From Lama glama (Eukaryota): a stretch of 64,000 nucleotides of DNA. The stretch lies in assembly GCA_028534125.1 (NCBI GenBank), contig CM052816.1:72852001-72916000 (forward strand), read 5' to 3'. Of the stretch, positions 52,082 to 64,000 are shown piece by piece. A program made the position numbers and the translations under genes. The first letter of the stretch is position 1. Each line of letters begins with the position of its first letter. A model generated the notes under the pieces. That model had not been told where the DNA came from. It ran no database searches and saw nothing but the letters and a program-made list of their open reading frames with translations.

Positions 52082-55000
52082 CGATTAAATCTACACCTAA
52101 AAGTCTCAAGAGAAGTTCAAAAGACTTGTTTAGCATTCAGTGTTATATGTCTTCCTTTCTTTAAATCATTAAAGGATTTAAAATGTTGTTGTAAGATTAT
52201 TTATTTTTAACCTACTTTTACTTAATTCCTTTGATATATGTATTTCTCTATTTTATGAAGAGTTCTTGAATTCAATGGAAACAAACCTCTGGTTTTAAAA
52301 AGGCAACTCAAGTGAGCTACTGAATAGCACCAATGAAAACTTCTCTCATTAGCTGTCTCTCTGCATCTAAATTGTTAGTTATTAATTATGGAGGATTCAA
52401 GAGCAAATCCCATTTTATAGCTCTAAATTGTTTTTTGGTGCTTTCAATTTTGAATTAGGTTAAAGATCACACCTTATGCTTGGCCGTGGTAGGGGACTAG
52501 CATTGCCACCGCTATGACTTTCTCTAACCTCAAACACGTCCACGATCTTTTAGAGAGCTGAGGGGATATTTCTCTTCACGTGTTATCGGACTTTTACCAA
52601 GACTCAATCAATGTTAGTTGTAAATAACTTTTCCAACCCAGATAAAAATACCTATTCTTTGCTGTATGAAGGTAAAAGTCATCATTGAAGAATTTAGTTT
52701 TATTGCTTCACTTCGAAACTTAGATTTTAAATTTTACAAAACCTAATTGTGACACTTACTCAACTGTAATGCAATGGCTTGAAACCTACAGTATTATTTT
52801 AACCTGCAATGTTTTATGCAAAACTGTATGCTCGATTCTACAAATTGCTTGTATTACACCGAACATCATTCCTTTTCTTCCTTCTTGCCATAATCAAGCA
52901 TCCGAAAATAGGCCCTGCATGCTTTTTGGGGAAAAAAAAAAAGGTTCAAAGCATGTAGGGAAAAGGCTTACAGTATTTCTCGTTCTTAGACAAGTATAAC
53001 CATTCATTAATTGCCTATCTTGAAATTCCTATAAGGCTGACTTGGATCTCTGACTTAAGTCTAGAAGTGAGGTTTTCACTTTCGTTTAATGTTATTATTA
53101 TTATTATCATTATTAGTAGTATTATTATTTCAAAAATGATTTGTAAACCATAGCTTGATTTGGAGTCACCAGTGTGTTCTGTGTCTTCACTGTAGTTGGT
53201 AGTTTACAGTGGTGTTAATTTAAAAAATAAATACACTATAGCATCATGTCTGCTTGGGAATACACACTTTGCTCTATGTGTATTGTAACTAAATGGCTAG
53301 TAACTCTGAAGGCATGTGGTGACTAACATAGCCCTTAGATAGGAGGTTTGGTGTTTTAAAAGTGCTGCAAAAAGTACAGACATGGTGCCAGCAAGCAGGG
53401 GTCAAACCGAATGTCTGTGAGCATTGTTTGTTTGTTTGTCTGTTTCCTTAGCTCTTTCCACGATCTCTGAGCATCTGCTTCTTCTCAAAGAAGTCCCTTA
53501 GAGATCAGTTGTGCCTAATGCATCCCACGAATATGGTGGATGACTGGAACACAGGTGGAAGGTTCCTAATAACTGACTTCTGTACACAACCCAAGTTAAG
53601 ACAATGACCTAAAGGAAGGTCTTCCTTATCTCTGACACTGGCGATCCATTTAAGAAGAACTTGACAAAGATCACGCATGAAATGGGGCAGGGCCTCCAGA
53701 CAGACTTGAGGACAGAAAACAAAAACAAAAGCAAAAACTCTAAATTGGATCCTTGCTGCCTGTTACGCCTTTTATGGAGCTGATACCTATAATACCAAAA
53801 TGAGTTGTTATGTTTAATTTCTAACAGCCCAGCTTGTGTGAAAGGAATCAATGTGATGTTATCATGAACACGCTGGTGACCTATGCTGGTGCTTCAGGAA
53901 TGGTGTAAGAAAGGGATTGTTCGGTCTACCTAGAACCTATGGGGAAGCTGCAAGACCATTTACATATCAGTACAAAACTCCTTTATTTTATTAAAATACT
54001 GAGAATGAACTTCAATTTATGAGCATCATATATTGGCCCTTTAAATTATTAAAGGTTTACATTTGATAGGACTAATGGGTTTGGTAGTGAAATATTTTTA
54101 TATACATATATAAATTTTTGGTTTTTTATTTTGAGCACTATTGAGAAACATAAGCAAAATTGAACTGCATGGTCTTTCAGTGCAACCATAAAATTTTTAT
54201 TCACTTTGTAACAGAATGGACAAAAAAAAAAAACCCTAAGGTTTATATGTTAAAAATAAAGTGGTACAGGGTAAATTATATACATATATATGTATGAATA
54301 TATATACTTAGGTTAAGAAAAATTGACTCACATTCCTGTAATATAAAAGTCCACTGCTAGTTGAAAAGTGACCTCTTTTCTCTGTACATAGTTAAGCCCA
54401 TAAGTATGGAGTTTTAAACTGTACAGAAAGAAATGTATTATTGAAAAGACTGGTCTTCCTGCTGCTGGGAAAATAGTAGAAAAGCTAATTCTTACAAAAA
54501 CTGTATGATCAGGGATGAGTTAGAGTATTTCTTTTGTCTTTGCTCAAAGCCATACATATATAAATATATATAAAGATTATTAATAAATTCAACAGAAAAT
54601 AAACTAAAACCATGAATATTTTATTTTATCAATATAGTCTAATCAAATGTTTTGTTTTATTAATGAGTACAGATTTGCCTCTGTCTTTCTGCCTTTACAT
54701 CATAAGATTTCCAAGAGGGCTTATACTCGATAATCACTGTAAAATTAGTTACAGGTTTTCTATACGTGTAGAAAGCAAAGAACTTAAATAAGACATGGAT
54801 TTTCCAGCTATTCCTGTGTTTTACATCTTCTACAATGTACAAGTTGAGTTTTCTTTAATTCTTCACATTATACTTCCTTAGTGTATGATTGTTGTCCATT
54901 TTCAAAACACAGACGTTTCTGTACTATTATTGGAAACGAGGATGACAAATAATTGCCCTATAATTTACATATACAAACCTATTTTATGATAGACTTGAGT

Positions 55001-58000
55001 CTTGCAAAGGCTTTGGAAAGTGATAGAACCTCCCTATGCAAATGGGTGGATTTTGAATCAGACCTAGAAGCCTGAGACAGAGTTTATTACAGTGAGTGAA
55101 GGATTCTCGAAAACTCTACAGATAAGTGGCAGGAATGCCAACAGATTATATTCATCAAATACATGGCCTGTCTCCAAGTCTCGGGGACCACCCACACCTA
55201 AAGTGAATAATTCCCTGATGCATACTGCTCCACTTTGCAAGGGTGGTTATTTTTCCATTTACAAACCTAAATGAGCATAATATTTGCAGGAAACTACAAA
55301 GTACAGAGTCAGGTTACTAGAATACACCTAATAGGTAGGGGTGATTTAAACAGAATGTTTTGAATTTTAGATATAGTATTTCAAATCCTGAATTAATTAC
55401 CCTTCAAAGTATAAGCAATCTCTACCATCTTTCAGGTTTATTTTTAAAGACACCATGCCTTCTTTTTCCACTTGTGTTTGTGTTTGTCCCTTTTATTATT
55501 CTACTTTGCTTCTGTGGATCTCAGTTTCATTATTTATAACATTACGCTGTTTCTCTCCTTTCTACCTCTATGCTTCTAGAATATGTGTCATAAAACCCAG
55601 GTGTGATTAATCCTGTTCATTTGCATTACACCTAGCAAAGCTTCATTACACGCTCTATTTGAAAAATGACTTACACTGTACAATATGAAAGAAATGTAGT
55701 CATTATAGAATAATTGGATACTGGGCATCAATAGCTACTTATGTCCTGAAAGGAATAGTCAGAAATTTTAAAGCATGACTGGCTTCATGCATGGAATTAG
55801 AGCTCGGCTCTATACTTTCATTCACTCAGCCCTTTTTCTAGGGAAAAAAAAAATGGATAGAACGATCAGGGTTAAGTATATCTGCTACTGGCACTCGGAA
55901 GCAGTGATTTTCTTAAATAGTTTTGATGCTTTCCTTTTTTAAGAAAATGACATCTATATTTTATAAATTGGCCAACAATGAAGTCAATCATGAAGAGAAT
56001 CTCTGCTTTTAAAAGACTACAAAGAAAGTAGAAAGTACCTTGTCTAAATTCATCAAGGATTTAGAAGCAAATTGGCCATATTCCTCCTCCTCCCATTTTG
56101 AAGTCTTTGACCAAAGGCCACATTGCTTCCTTCTCTGGGAGCGATTGACATTTCTGTTAATTTTTGTCATTTTGTTCTTCCTCATTTCCTTCATAGCTTT
56201 AGGGTATGAAAAGCATGAGTTTTTCTACACAGGAAAAATGTTATGGCGTATTCACAAATCTGCTGCCAGAAAAAGATAATTTTATTATAGTTGTTTAGGA
56301 GAAAATGTTAGTGATTTTGTGACACTTGATTGCTTTTCAGTTTTGATTACTCCCTCAATTGTACTGGAAAGGTGCAGGTATGAACTGCTCAAAGTATGAC
56401 TTTCTGCTGTCTAACGTAATGAAGTATTTCATTTGAGAAATATTAAATAGTGCTTAATAGATAAAGTACTTGCCTACACTGTATAGCATATATTCTCCAT
56501 ATAACTGCATGCCAAAGATCAAATGTATATTAAAGATATTGGCTTGTAAACCAGCAGATGGAAAGATTCAGGTGATTGTCCTCTTCACAGTAATTACCTT
56601 AAAATGCTAAACACAAATCCCAAAGACAGTAGCATGAGTCAAAATACCTTTGGCCACCCAGTTCAGGACACTCTAAAGACCAGTAGCAAGTTGATATGTG
56701 TGTCCTCAACTGTGGTTTATCTCTACTTGATAGCAGTAAGTTCCATTTTTGGAGTCAGTCAAAGCTCATTTGAAGCCTTATTTTCTTAATATAGTAAATG
56801 ATTAGTTTGGCATCACTACGATCAAAACAAATTGTGATCAGTTTTACGTGTGGCTCATAAACTGTCTCCAAAGGCCTTCTACATTGTTCCAAGATCCTTT
56901 AGCTTTCCAAATTCAAACTCTCAAGATTCTAAACATCTGTGATGTTTATCTATAAAGTTCTAATAACTATAGCTTTATACCTAACCGAAGCATTTGGGTT
57001 TTTTTACTGTAATAGAACAATGATCCAATCCATTGATTTGGGCCTTTTTTTTTTTTTTTTGCGTAGTTCTTTTTAAAGGGATGATTACATATGACATCCT
57101 GTATTTCTGTGAATACATGGTATTGAACTTTAATTTCTCCACATTTGAAACTCTCAGATAATAGCTTTTTAAATTGGTAACTGTAATGAAAGTTTAGTCT
57201 TTTTCAAGCTAGTTTATTATTAGCCTTTACAAGAGCCACATAAGCAGAGTTCTTCTATGTGATTTTGTTAATTTCTCCAAGCTATGAGTGTTGGCAAGTT
57301 TTGAGACTTTATCTAACTTGTTAAAACAATTTGTCATATAAACTGATCAAACAGAAGTCAAAATTTTAATTCAAACTTAACAAGAGAGTTCTGTCTAAAC
57401 CTGTTTAAAGATTCCATCTAAGTAGGACTATTTCATAAGAAGATAATTAAAAGATTGGTTTAACAATCACTTTTTAAGAAAATTATCTGGTTAAAGAATA
57501 TTAACCTTTTTATAAATCTGAGTATTAGTTGAGTGAGGAAATATTCCCAGCAAACATCTTAATTTCTTGAAAATCTGTCAGAAAATTGTTCAAGCATTTT
57601 ATCATGAATGTTAAGTTCTTTCCAAAAGGACAGTAAAATATGTTTCAGAAAAAGTTCTGGCCCTACGTAGCTTTGAGAAATAACTTTTTCTTTTCAGTTG
57701 TAACATGTATGACAGTAAAAGGTAAACTTTTCTGCACACATTTTTAGGTGACTTCAATAGTTACGGCTATCTAAGGAATTAGTTTATATCTGCAAAATGT
57801 TAAGTGTCTGTACCAACTCATTTAAAACAATTCTTGCCAATAGTCTCAGCACAACATAGTTCTCAAAACACATGTTTCTCTGATGGCAAAAAATAGCAAA
57901 GTTTCTTGCAAAACAAAAAAAAAAGTTGTGGTTTTTTTTCCCTAAAGCTGCTGTATCTCCCCAAATTATGAAATATTTAACGACTCAAAGCCTCGTGTTA

Positions 58001-58727
58001 TATAAGGAGATGATGTCTTTGGAAATTTTGAAAGCTGACTTTATTCATTTATTTTAGAGCTGAAAGCAAAAAAAAAAAAAAGGGGGGGTAGAATTGACCA
58101 CCACTCAAAAACAAAAACACATCTCGTCTCGATTCTCAAACTGTCCCAAGCTCATCTGCTATACCTCAACACAGTTCAGGACTTCTGCCTCCCCACCTTA
58201 CCAGGCATTGTTTTAGGATCCACAGGGGCTACAGGCATTTGGATTCACAAGGAAACACACTTTGCCAATTATATATATATATTGGGAAAGCAGTTCAAGT
58301 ACAGTGCCTGAAAATAAAAAATGACACCGGAGATCAAATATATATCTGAAAAGAGCTTTAAATATTCATTTTGATAGTGAAGAGTGTCACCGTGTTAGTT
58401 CCAAAGAACAAAAAGGAATATGACATTGAAGAGGTGATGCAGATTTAGTTTTGAACGTGTGGCGTAGAATTTGGTTATCATGAAGGGGCTGACTGCTGTC
58501 ATCACTTATTACCACATTCTCCCCCCCTACTTTCCTGCTCGTGTATTTTCACAGATTCCTCAGGATTTTTAAAGATGTTTTCTATGGATCTTTTGGAACA
58601 ATGTGCTTAATAATCTATTTGTTATGACAAGTCTTCTCAAATAATCATGTGCTCCTGTTTATAATGAAGGTTAAAATGTATGCCATAAGCAAAGATATGC
58701 ATTGCAAAGGAAGTCACACTTTTTTTA

Positions 58728-58744
58728 AATAAATAACAAATAAA
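58728..58744 (+). terminator. Tandem polyadenylation signals (AATAAA at 58728-58733 and 58739-58744), probable distal poly(A) site
   Basis: ttttttaAATAAAtaacaAATAAAgg, preceded by a U-rich tract and located near the end of the repeat-free block. Confidence 0.6.
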
Positions 58745-60189
58745 GGAATGGGGCAGAACCAGTTAGCTTATAATGCTGAAAGTAAAGGGAGAAGACATAG
58801 GTTATAGGAGCTCAGTTTCAACAGATTAGAAATAAAGGCTACATTAGGAAGGAGGAAAGTTTGGGAAAGCATTGCGATATTTTTATGCCTGTTTCAGAAC
58901 TTCTCTTCTTAGCTATGAGATATTAACGATGGCATCGATATAAATGCTGGGCACTTCGTCTCAAAAAAAAATGTGACTGCTTTGGAGAGGGGAGAGTGTA
59001 GACTGAACTAAGAGTGTGAAAAGGCTTGAAAATGTGACCTCTTCAGAAATAAGAAACAACCAAAATGCAGCTTTTCAAATGAAAGAGGAGCAATCTTACG
59101 AGTGGACAAAGAATGGCTCAGCGGGAGGGGAAATTTCTATGTGCAAAGGGCAGGGCACACAGAGGGCTTCTGCTCCCATACAGCACACTCAACAGAGAAA
59201 AGCCATCAAAGGACCACAGAACTCTAACATAAGAAATCCACTAATACTACGTACGCTCACACAAAACTGTCTGAGAGCTATATCATCTCGCGTACTTAAC
59301 AATAGCAGAATTCTGTATGTAAAGACTTCCAATCTAATGGGTATCAATCCCTAGAGTGTGTGGGTTTGTATAGGGAAATTGAGACCTTTAAAAAAAGAAC
59401 TCTGATGTAACTGAGTACTAGTATTTATACATTAACTTTTAAATTCTTTTATTACAAATACCTTTCTATTAGGTCTGATTCCCATTACACTTAAGAAATG
59501 ACATGTATTCATTTAAAAAAATTTTATTTTTTCAATGGTTGTCATTTCAGAAGAGTAATGGCACTACTGTAAAATATTAGTTATAAACAGGGGACTCAGA
59601 TAGGGATAAGAACCTAAATACTGATATGTGAAGGGATTTGTGCTGTATTCTCTGGATTCGTCTTACTGCTAAACAGCTACTCTGATTTCTATATAATATT
59701 ACATTTTATAATAGAAAGTAAATATTAGGAATTAGGAAGAATAAAAGTGAGTAAGAATAGTCAGCAGCAAGGGAAAAATTATCAAATTAATTTGAAAATA
59801 GGAAATTAGGCTCTACATGTCCTGTAGGTTTCCTATCATCCAATTTATAACATTTGAAATGCAGAATATAGTTATTAGAATAACTTAAAAATAGAAGGCA
59901 TGGGCTTTATTTTTCAATAATTAATTAATTAAGCAATTAATCAACCTCTCAGTCTTGCAGACTGCCCAGTAGTAGCTGATCCTTTGGACAACCAGAGGAG
60001 TCACCTGGATGGTAACACCTGACGAAGGTCTACGAGTCCTTTTATCCATAATATTCCTCCAGTATTGCTTGGAATTCCTGCTAGTTAATCAATCCATTTG
60101 GTTTCATTTGTACCCATTTCTTGTGTACATGTTACCTTAGAGATTCAAACACAATAAGCCATTAGTTCTACCTATAATTTAGATGGTCT

Positions 60190-60490
60190 ATTAATACATC
60201 AAAATCATTCCCTGAGCTCATATGGTATGGCGAGAAGTGTTGGAGACAACGTGGATATGGCTGTGAACAAGAAAGACACAAATGTGTGCCTTTATGAAGC
60301 TTATATCCTTCTGGGAAGGAATACATTATTAAAAAATAAGAAAATACACAATAATTGAGGTGGTGAAAAAAGCTTTGGAGGAAAACTGCAGAAAAGAGAG
60401 AAGGGAATGTCAAGAATTGGGATTGGGGAGGATTTGCTATTTGAAGCAGCATGATCAAGGAGATCATCACTGAATGATCATTAAACAATG
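60190..60490 (-). mobile_element. L2 fragment
   Basis: ggatatggctgtgaacaagaaagacaca...tgcctttatgaagcttatatccttctggga...atcaaggagatcatcactga. Confidence 0.65.
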
Positions 60491-60879
60491 ACCAAAAAAG
60501 GTCTGTCAGTCATTATAACCAGTCGTCCTTCTGTGCCTTGCTGCTTAAAGGACGTTCCTGCATCTGTATCATGTGGGTGTTTGGAGCACATGCAGGATCC
60601 CAAGCCTCCCCTGTATCTAGCGGCAAGAGTCTGCATTTTAACAAGATCCCTAGGTGATCCATATGTGGGTTAATATTTGAAAAGCACAGGGCTAATACAA
60701 TTTTAGGAGAGGTAAATAAATTATAAGGGCATTTTAGGAAACTTCCAGGTATAAGGACATTTCTGGAGATATCAAGTCAATGTCAGATATCATTGCAAGC
60801 AATCTCTGCTCGACAGGAAGAGTGTTAAGACATTACATAAATATGCATGTCAAAGAGAAACAAGGCTGGACAGCTGTGA

Positions 60880-61400
60880 ATGCCAGTAAGTCAGAGTTGA
60901 TTCAGACAACTACAGTGGGGGAGAGACTCGGTGTAAACTGAGCTCACTCAATTCCACTGGGGGTAAAAAAAAGGTGGGAGCCTTTTTAAATACTGCAATG
61001 TGCCAAAGAAAAGTAGTAAGGATGTTAAGGTGGGCTGGTCAATGTGGTTTGCTGATTGGCACTTATCTGACAGAGAAACAACTTTTCATATCTTTAGGAG
61101 AGAAGCTAGCTTTGCAAATTGGAGCCAGGTGCCCACCAAGTTAAATTCTCAGCCTCCCACGGGAACTGGGAGCCCAGACAACTATGCCTCTAGATGTTTA
61201 TATTTCAACAAGATGACTCCCAGGTCCTCAAGATGTTTCTGGGTGGTAGACGCTTTACATCTCAAAGGGGAGAGAAAGGATTTATAATCGCAAGTTTTTT
61301 TTTTTTCTTTCCAATTAGCTCCTCTAAGAAAAGGGCAGACCGAGGCCCATAGTCATATTTTGGCTGTGGAACAAATGGTAAATTCTTTTCGCATTGCTGA
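60880..61400 (-). mobile_element. ERV1-class solo LTR (MER31/MER67-like)
   Basis: aactgagctcactcaattcc...tttgcaaattggagc...aagatgactcccaggtcct...tacatctcaaaggggagagaaaggatttataatcgcaagtttt...ctctaagaaaaggg. Confidence 0.6.
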
Positions 61401-62499
61401 ATTTTCTCAGGCCAGGATTTTGAGGGGGGCTGGAGTCATTCTAGGGAGAAAGTCTTGGACCTATAGAAGCCATGTTACAGTTTGCTCACGTCTCACAGTG
61501 TGAAGGCTTATGGGGCTGTTGGACAGAGTGCCAAGAATTTTTACATTTTATGCAGACACTGAAACTGATGGCAAACTACCTAATTAATAATTTTACTCTG
61601 GACCTACTTTTGGTCACACTGCCTTTCCTAGCTTGCCTCCTGGCACTTCTTAGTTAGAAATAAATAGGGAGAAATTCATCCCTGTGAGGTGTTATCATTT
61701 CCTTATTTGGGATGAATTTTGGTGCCATAGGCAGCCATGTTGCTTAATCTCACATCAGTCCAACATGTTTATTGCTTCTTGTAATATTTTTAATGCTAAC
61801 ATTAATACATTGACACTGTAAAAATAAATAAATTTGGTCAATGTTTTATAAATGGGCTTCTATTCTGCAGTGCTTCGAAAACCCAGCTACAATGCCTGGT
61901 TATCTGAGTTAGCATGGAGCCATGGTAGAGTTACATAATCTTGTTATATTTCAGTTTCTGGAACTGGAAAGTGAAGAATTGAAATAGTTTCTGCTTCCTA
62001 GGATAATTAGAAGTATTAAATGAGATAAACTTTGCAAAAAAGTTGATCCCAACTCTTGGCTCACATCCAACATTCTAGTTGCAAGGAGCAGAATTTTCTA
62101 AGTCATGCTGCGCTGCCTAGAATATGAATGAGGTGAGTCGGACATCTCACTCCCAGCTTTCGCAGGGGAAGGAGCTATACGTGAAATCTTGACTCTTCAG
62201 GGAAATTCAGGCTTCTTCTCTCCATGACAACATTCCTCAGGGCCCAAGACCTCCAGGTGTTGGGCAGCTGATGTTTTCAGATGCCTTCTGTAAACAGCTG
62301 ACAACCACATATCCAGTTTTCTTGAAGTCAGTCCATCCTACTACCAACAAGGCTTCTTTCTCATGTCTGTCCCGTAAAAGATAAAACAGCAGGAGGGCGA
62401 TGTCCCTCCACTAGTGCACTGGTCCCAGCAAGATTCTCTGTGAGATATGAGACAGATGGGGGGCACGAGCCTGCTCTTAACATAAATCTTGTGACAGAG

Positions 62500-62930
62500 T
62501 GTTGCGGAAAAACCGGCTTCTGTACCCTGATGGGCAAATTGAGACTCGGAAGCAGAGTTTTGGGAGAATTAGAAAAGAACAGCTTTATTGCTTTGCCAGG
62601 CAGAAGAGGAGTCACAGCAGCTTAGTTTCTCAGTGACTGTGAATCCATCTTGGGGTTGGTGTATTGAGGTTTTATAGAAAAACTGGATGGAATAGAAAGG
62701 CAACAGCAATCAGGGTGTTTTCCAGGGCACTGCATTTTTCTTAATCTTGAGGAATTCACCTCGCGTCACAGAGAAACTCCAGAAAGTCTGTTCATTCTTC
62801 TGAAGCTATCAGCCCGTGACTACCTTTCAGGAATACAGCTTCTGGGTTAAAGGATAAGCTATTCTAGGTAAAGGATGTATAGGGAGTAGAGAGTATAAAA
62901 AGCAGTTGGGCAAGTGAAGCACAGATAGGG
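62500..62930 (-). mobile_element. ERV LTR (apparently younger, lineage-restricted)
   Basis: Begins tgttgcggaaaaaccggcttc...gagttttgggagaattagaaaagaacagcTTTATTgctttgccaggca, with a reverse AATAAA in the R region and a reverse TATA-like ttttata further along. The right boundary is uncertain. Confidence 0.6.
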
Positions 62931-63233
62931 GTTTGCCAGAGAAAAGAGAAAAACAAGTTGCAAGGATTTTAAGTCAGGGAGAATCAGCAAACACATACAG
63001 CATCAGGGAAGCCACTTTGCTAATTTCCTGCTCTTTCAGCAGTAGAATTCGTCCTACTGTCTGGTGGGCGTGGTGCATGAGAGGACACACTCCAGATAGG
63101 ATACCATGTATGACCCAGAGATGGTAAACATTGTTATAATCACACCTCTTTAAAATAAAAATCTGTAATATGATGCAGAAGTCACCGTGTTGTTGGTAAA
63201 GTTGATGATGATTAAAACCAAACACGTGAGTGT

Positions 63234-63259
63234 ACACACACACACACACACACACACAC
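63234..63259. repeat. (CA)n microsatellite
   Basis: Directly visible. Confidence 0.97.
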
Positions 63260-64000
63260 GAGTTTGGTTACACATATAAAGCCTTGTCTTTTATTGACTT
63301 ATTTAGGAAAAAACAAGTTTCTGAAAGACAGCACACTTCAAGTACTCCCCTCTTTGAAGTACAGATCCAATTAAAGGGTCAACTGTCTATTTCTATCTGA
63401 TGTTCCGAGAAAGATGACAACGTGGAGCTCAAGCTCTGTAGGTGTCTGAGTGTTATCTGACTCCTCTGGCATGAAGCAAGCATCGTGCCCCTAAGAATTT
63501 GACCTTCTCCCCTGCCCTTGCCTTTAAATTCAGGCTCTTGGCTGGACAGCAGGCTCTTAGGGAGGAGAGACAAGACCATTTTTCATAAATGATACTTTAA
63601 AATCTTCTACTGCAATTACAAAACCATAACATCTTTTGGGCGGGTAGGCCTGCAGGAAATCCTCTGGACTGAGTTCTTAATGCTTTGTTCCCAGCAGGAG
63701 CTGAGACCTAAACATCTCACTATTATTTCTATTATATAGATTATAAACATCTCACATTTTATATAATATAAATTATAAACTTATTATCATTTATATTGTA
63801 AAGTATGTAAGATATTTTTATATATGTATATATTTGTAGAAGAAAACACCCACCTCATGTCAGAGAGCTTTGGTGTTTCTGGTGTGAACACTGTTGTTAG
63901 AGATTGGTAGACAGGTGATGAAAGTACAGAAGTACAATAATCAAAGAATTATGAAGTTTGAAATTTGAAGCTTCCAAGAGTTTCAAATCAGCTGCAACTA

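Larger units (their letters stand above)
51909..58770 (+). other. HCN1: Probable long 3'UTR of HCN1 (~6.8 kb)
   Basis: Follows the stop codon. Shows no recognisable interspersed repeats, unlike the introns and the downstream flank, and ends at tandem AATAAA. The end coordinate is inferred. Confidence 0.7.

Overview
This is AT-rich placental-mammal genomic DNA, not prokaryotic, containing the 3' end of HCN1 (hyperpolarization-activated cyclic nucleotide-gated channel 1) on the + strand. The last three coding exons are 16670-16910 (241 nt), 47660-47824 (165 nt) and 51049-51908 (to the TGA stop). They splice in frame via canonical AG/GT sites and encode the end of the C-linker, the cyclic-nucleotide-binding domain and the P/Q/S-rich tail ending in -SNL. 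A repeat-poor stretch of about 6.8 kb (probable long 3'UTR) follows, ending at tandem AATAAA near 58.73-58.74 kb. The introns and downstream flank hold old interspersed repeats (L1, L2, MIR, MLT/ERV LTRs, hAT-type MER DNA transposons) and microsatellites, and there is one 500-N assembly gap. Repeat names and boundaries were assigned by eye and are approximate. Almost all other ORFs in the supplied track are spurious. I see no evidence for a new multi-gene system. The best candidate for something undescribed is a CpG-retaining, exon-like element at 24817-24919 with a strong acceptor and an in-frame stop, a possible poison or alternative exon of HCN1.
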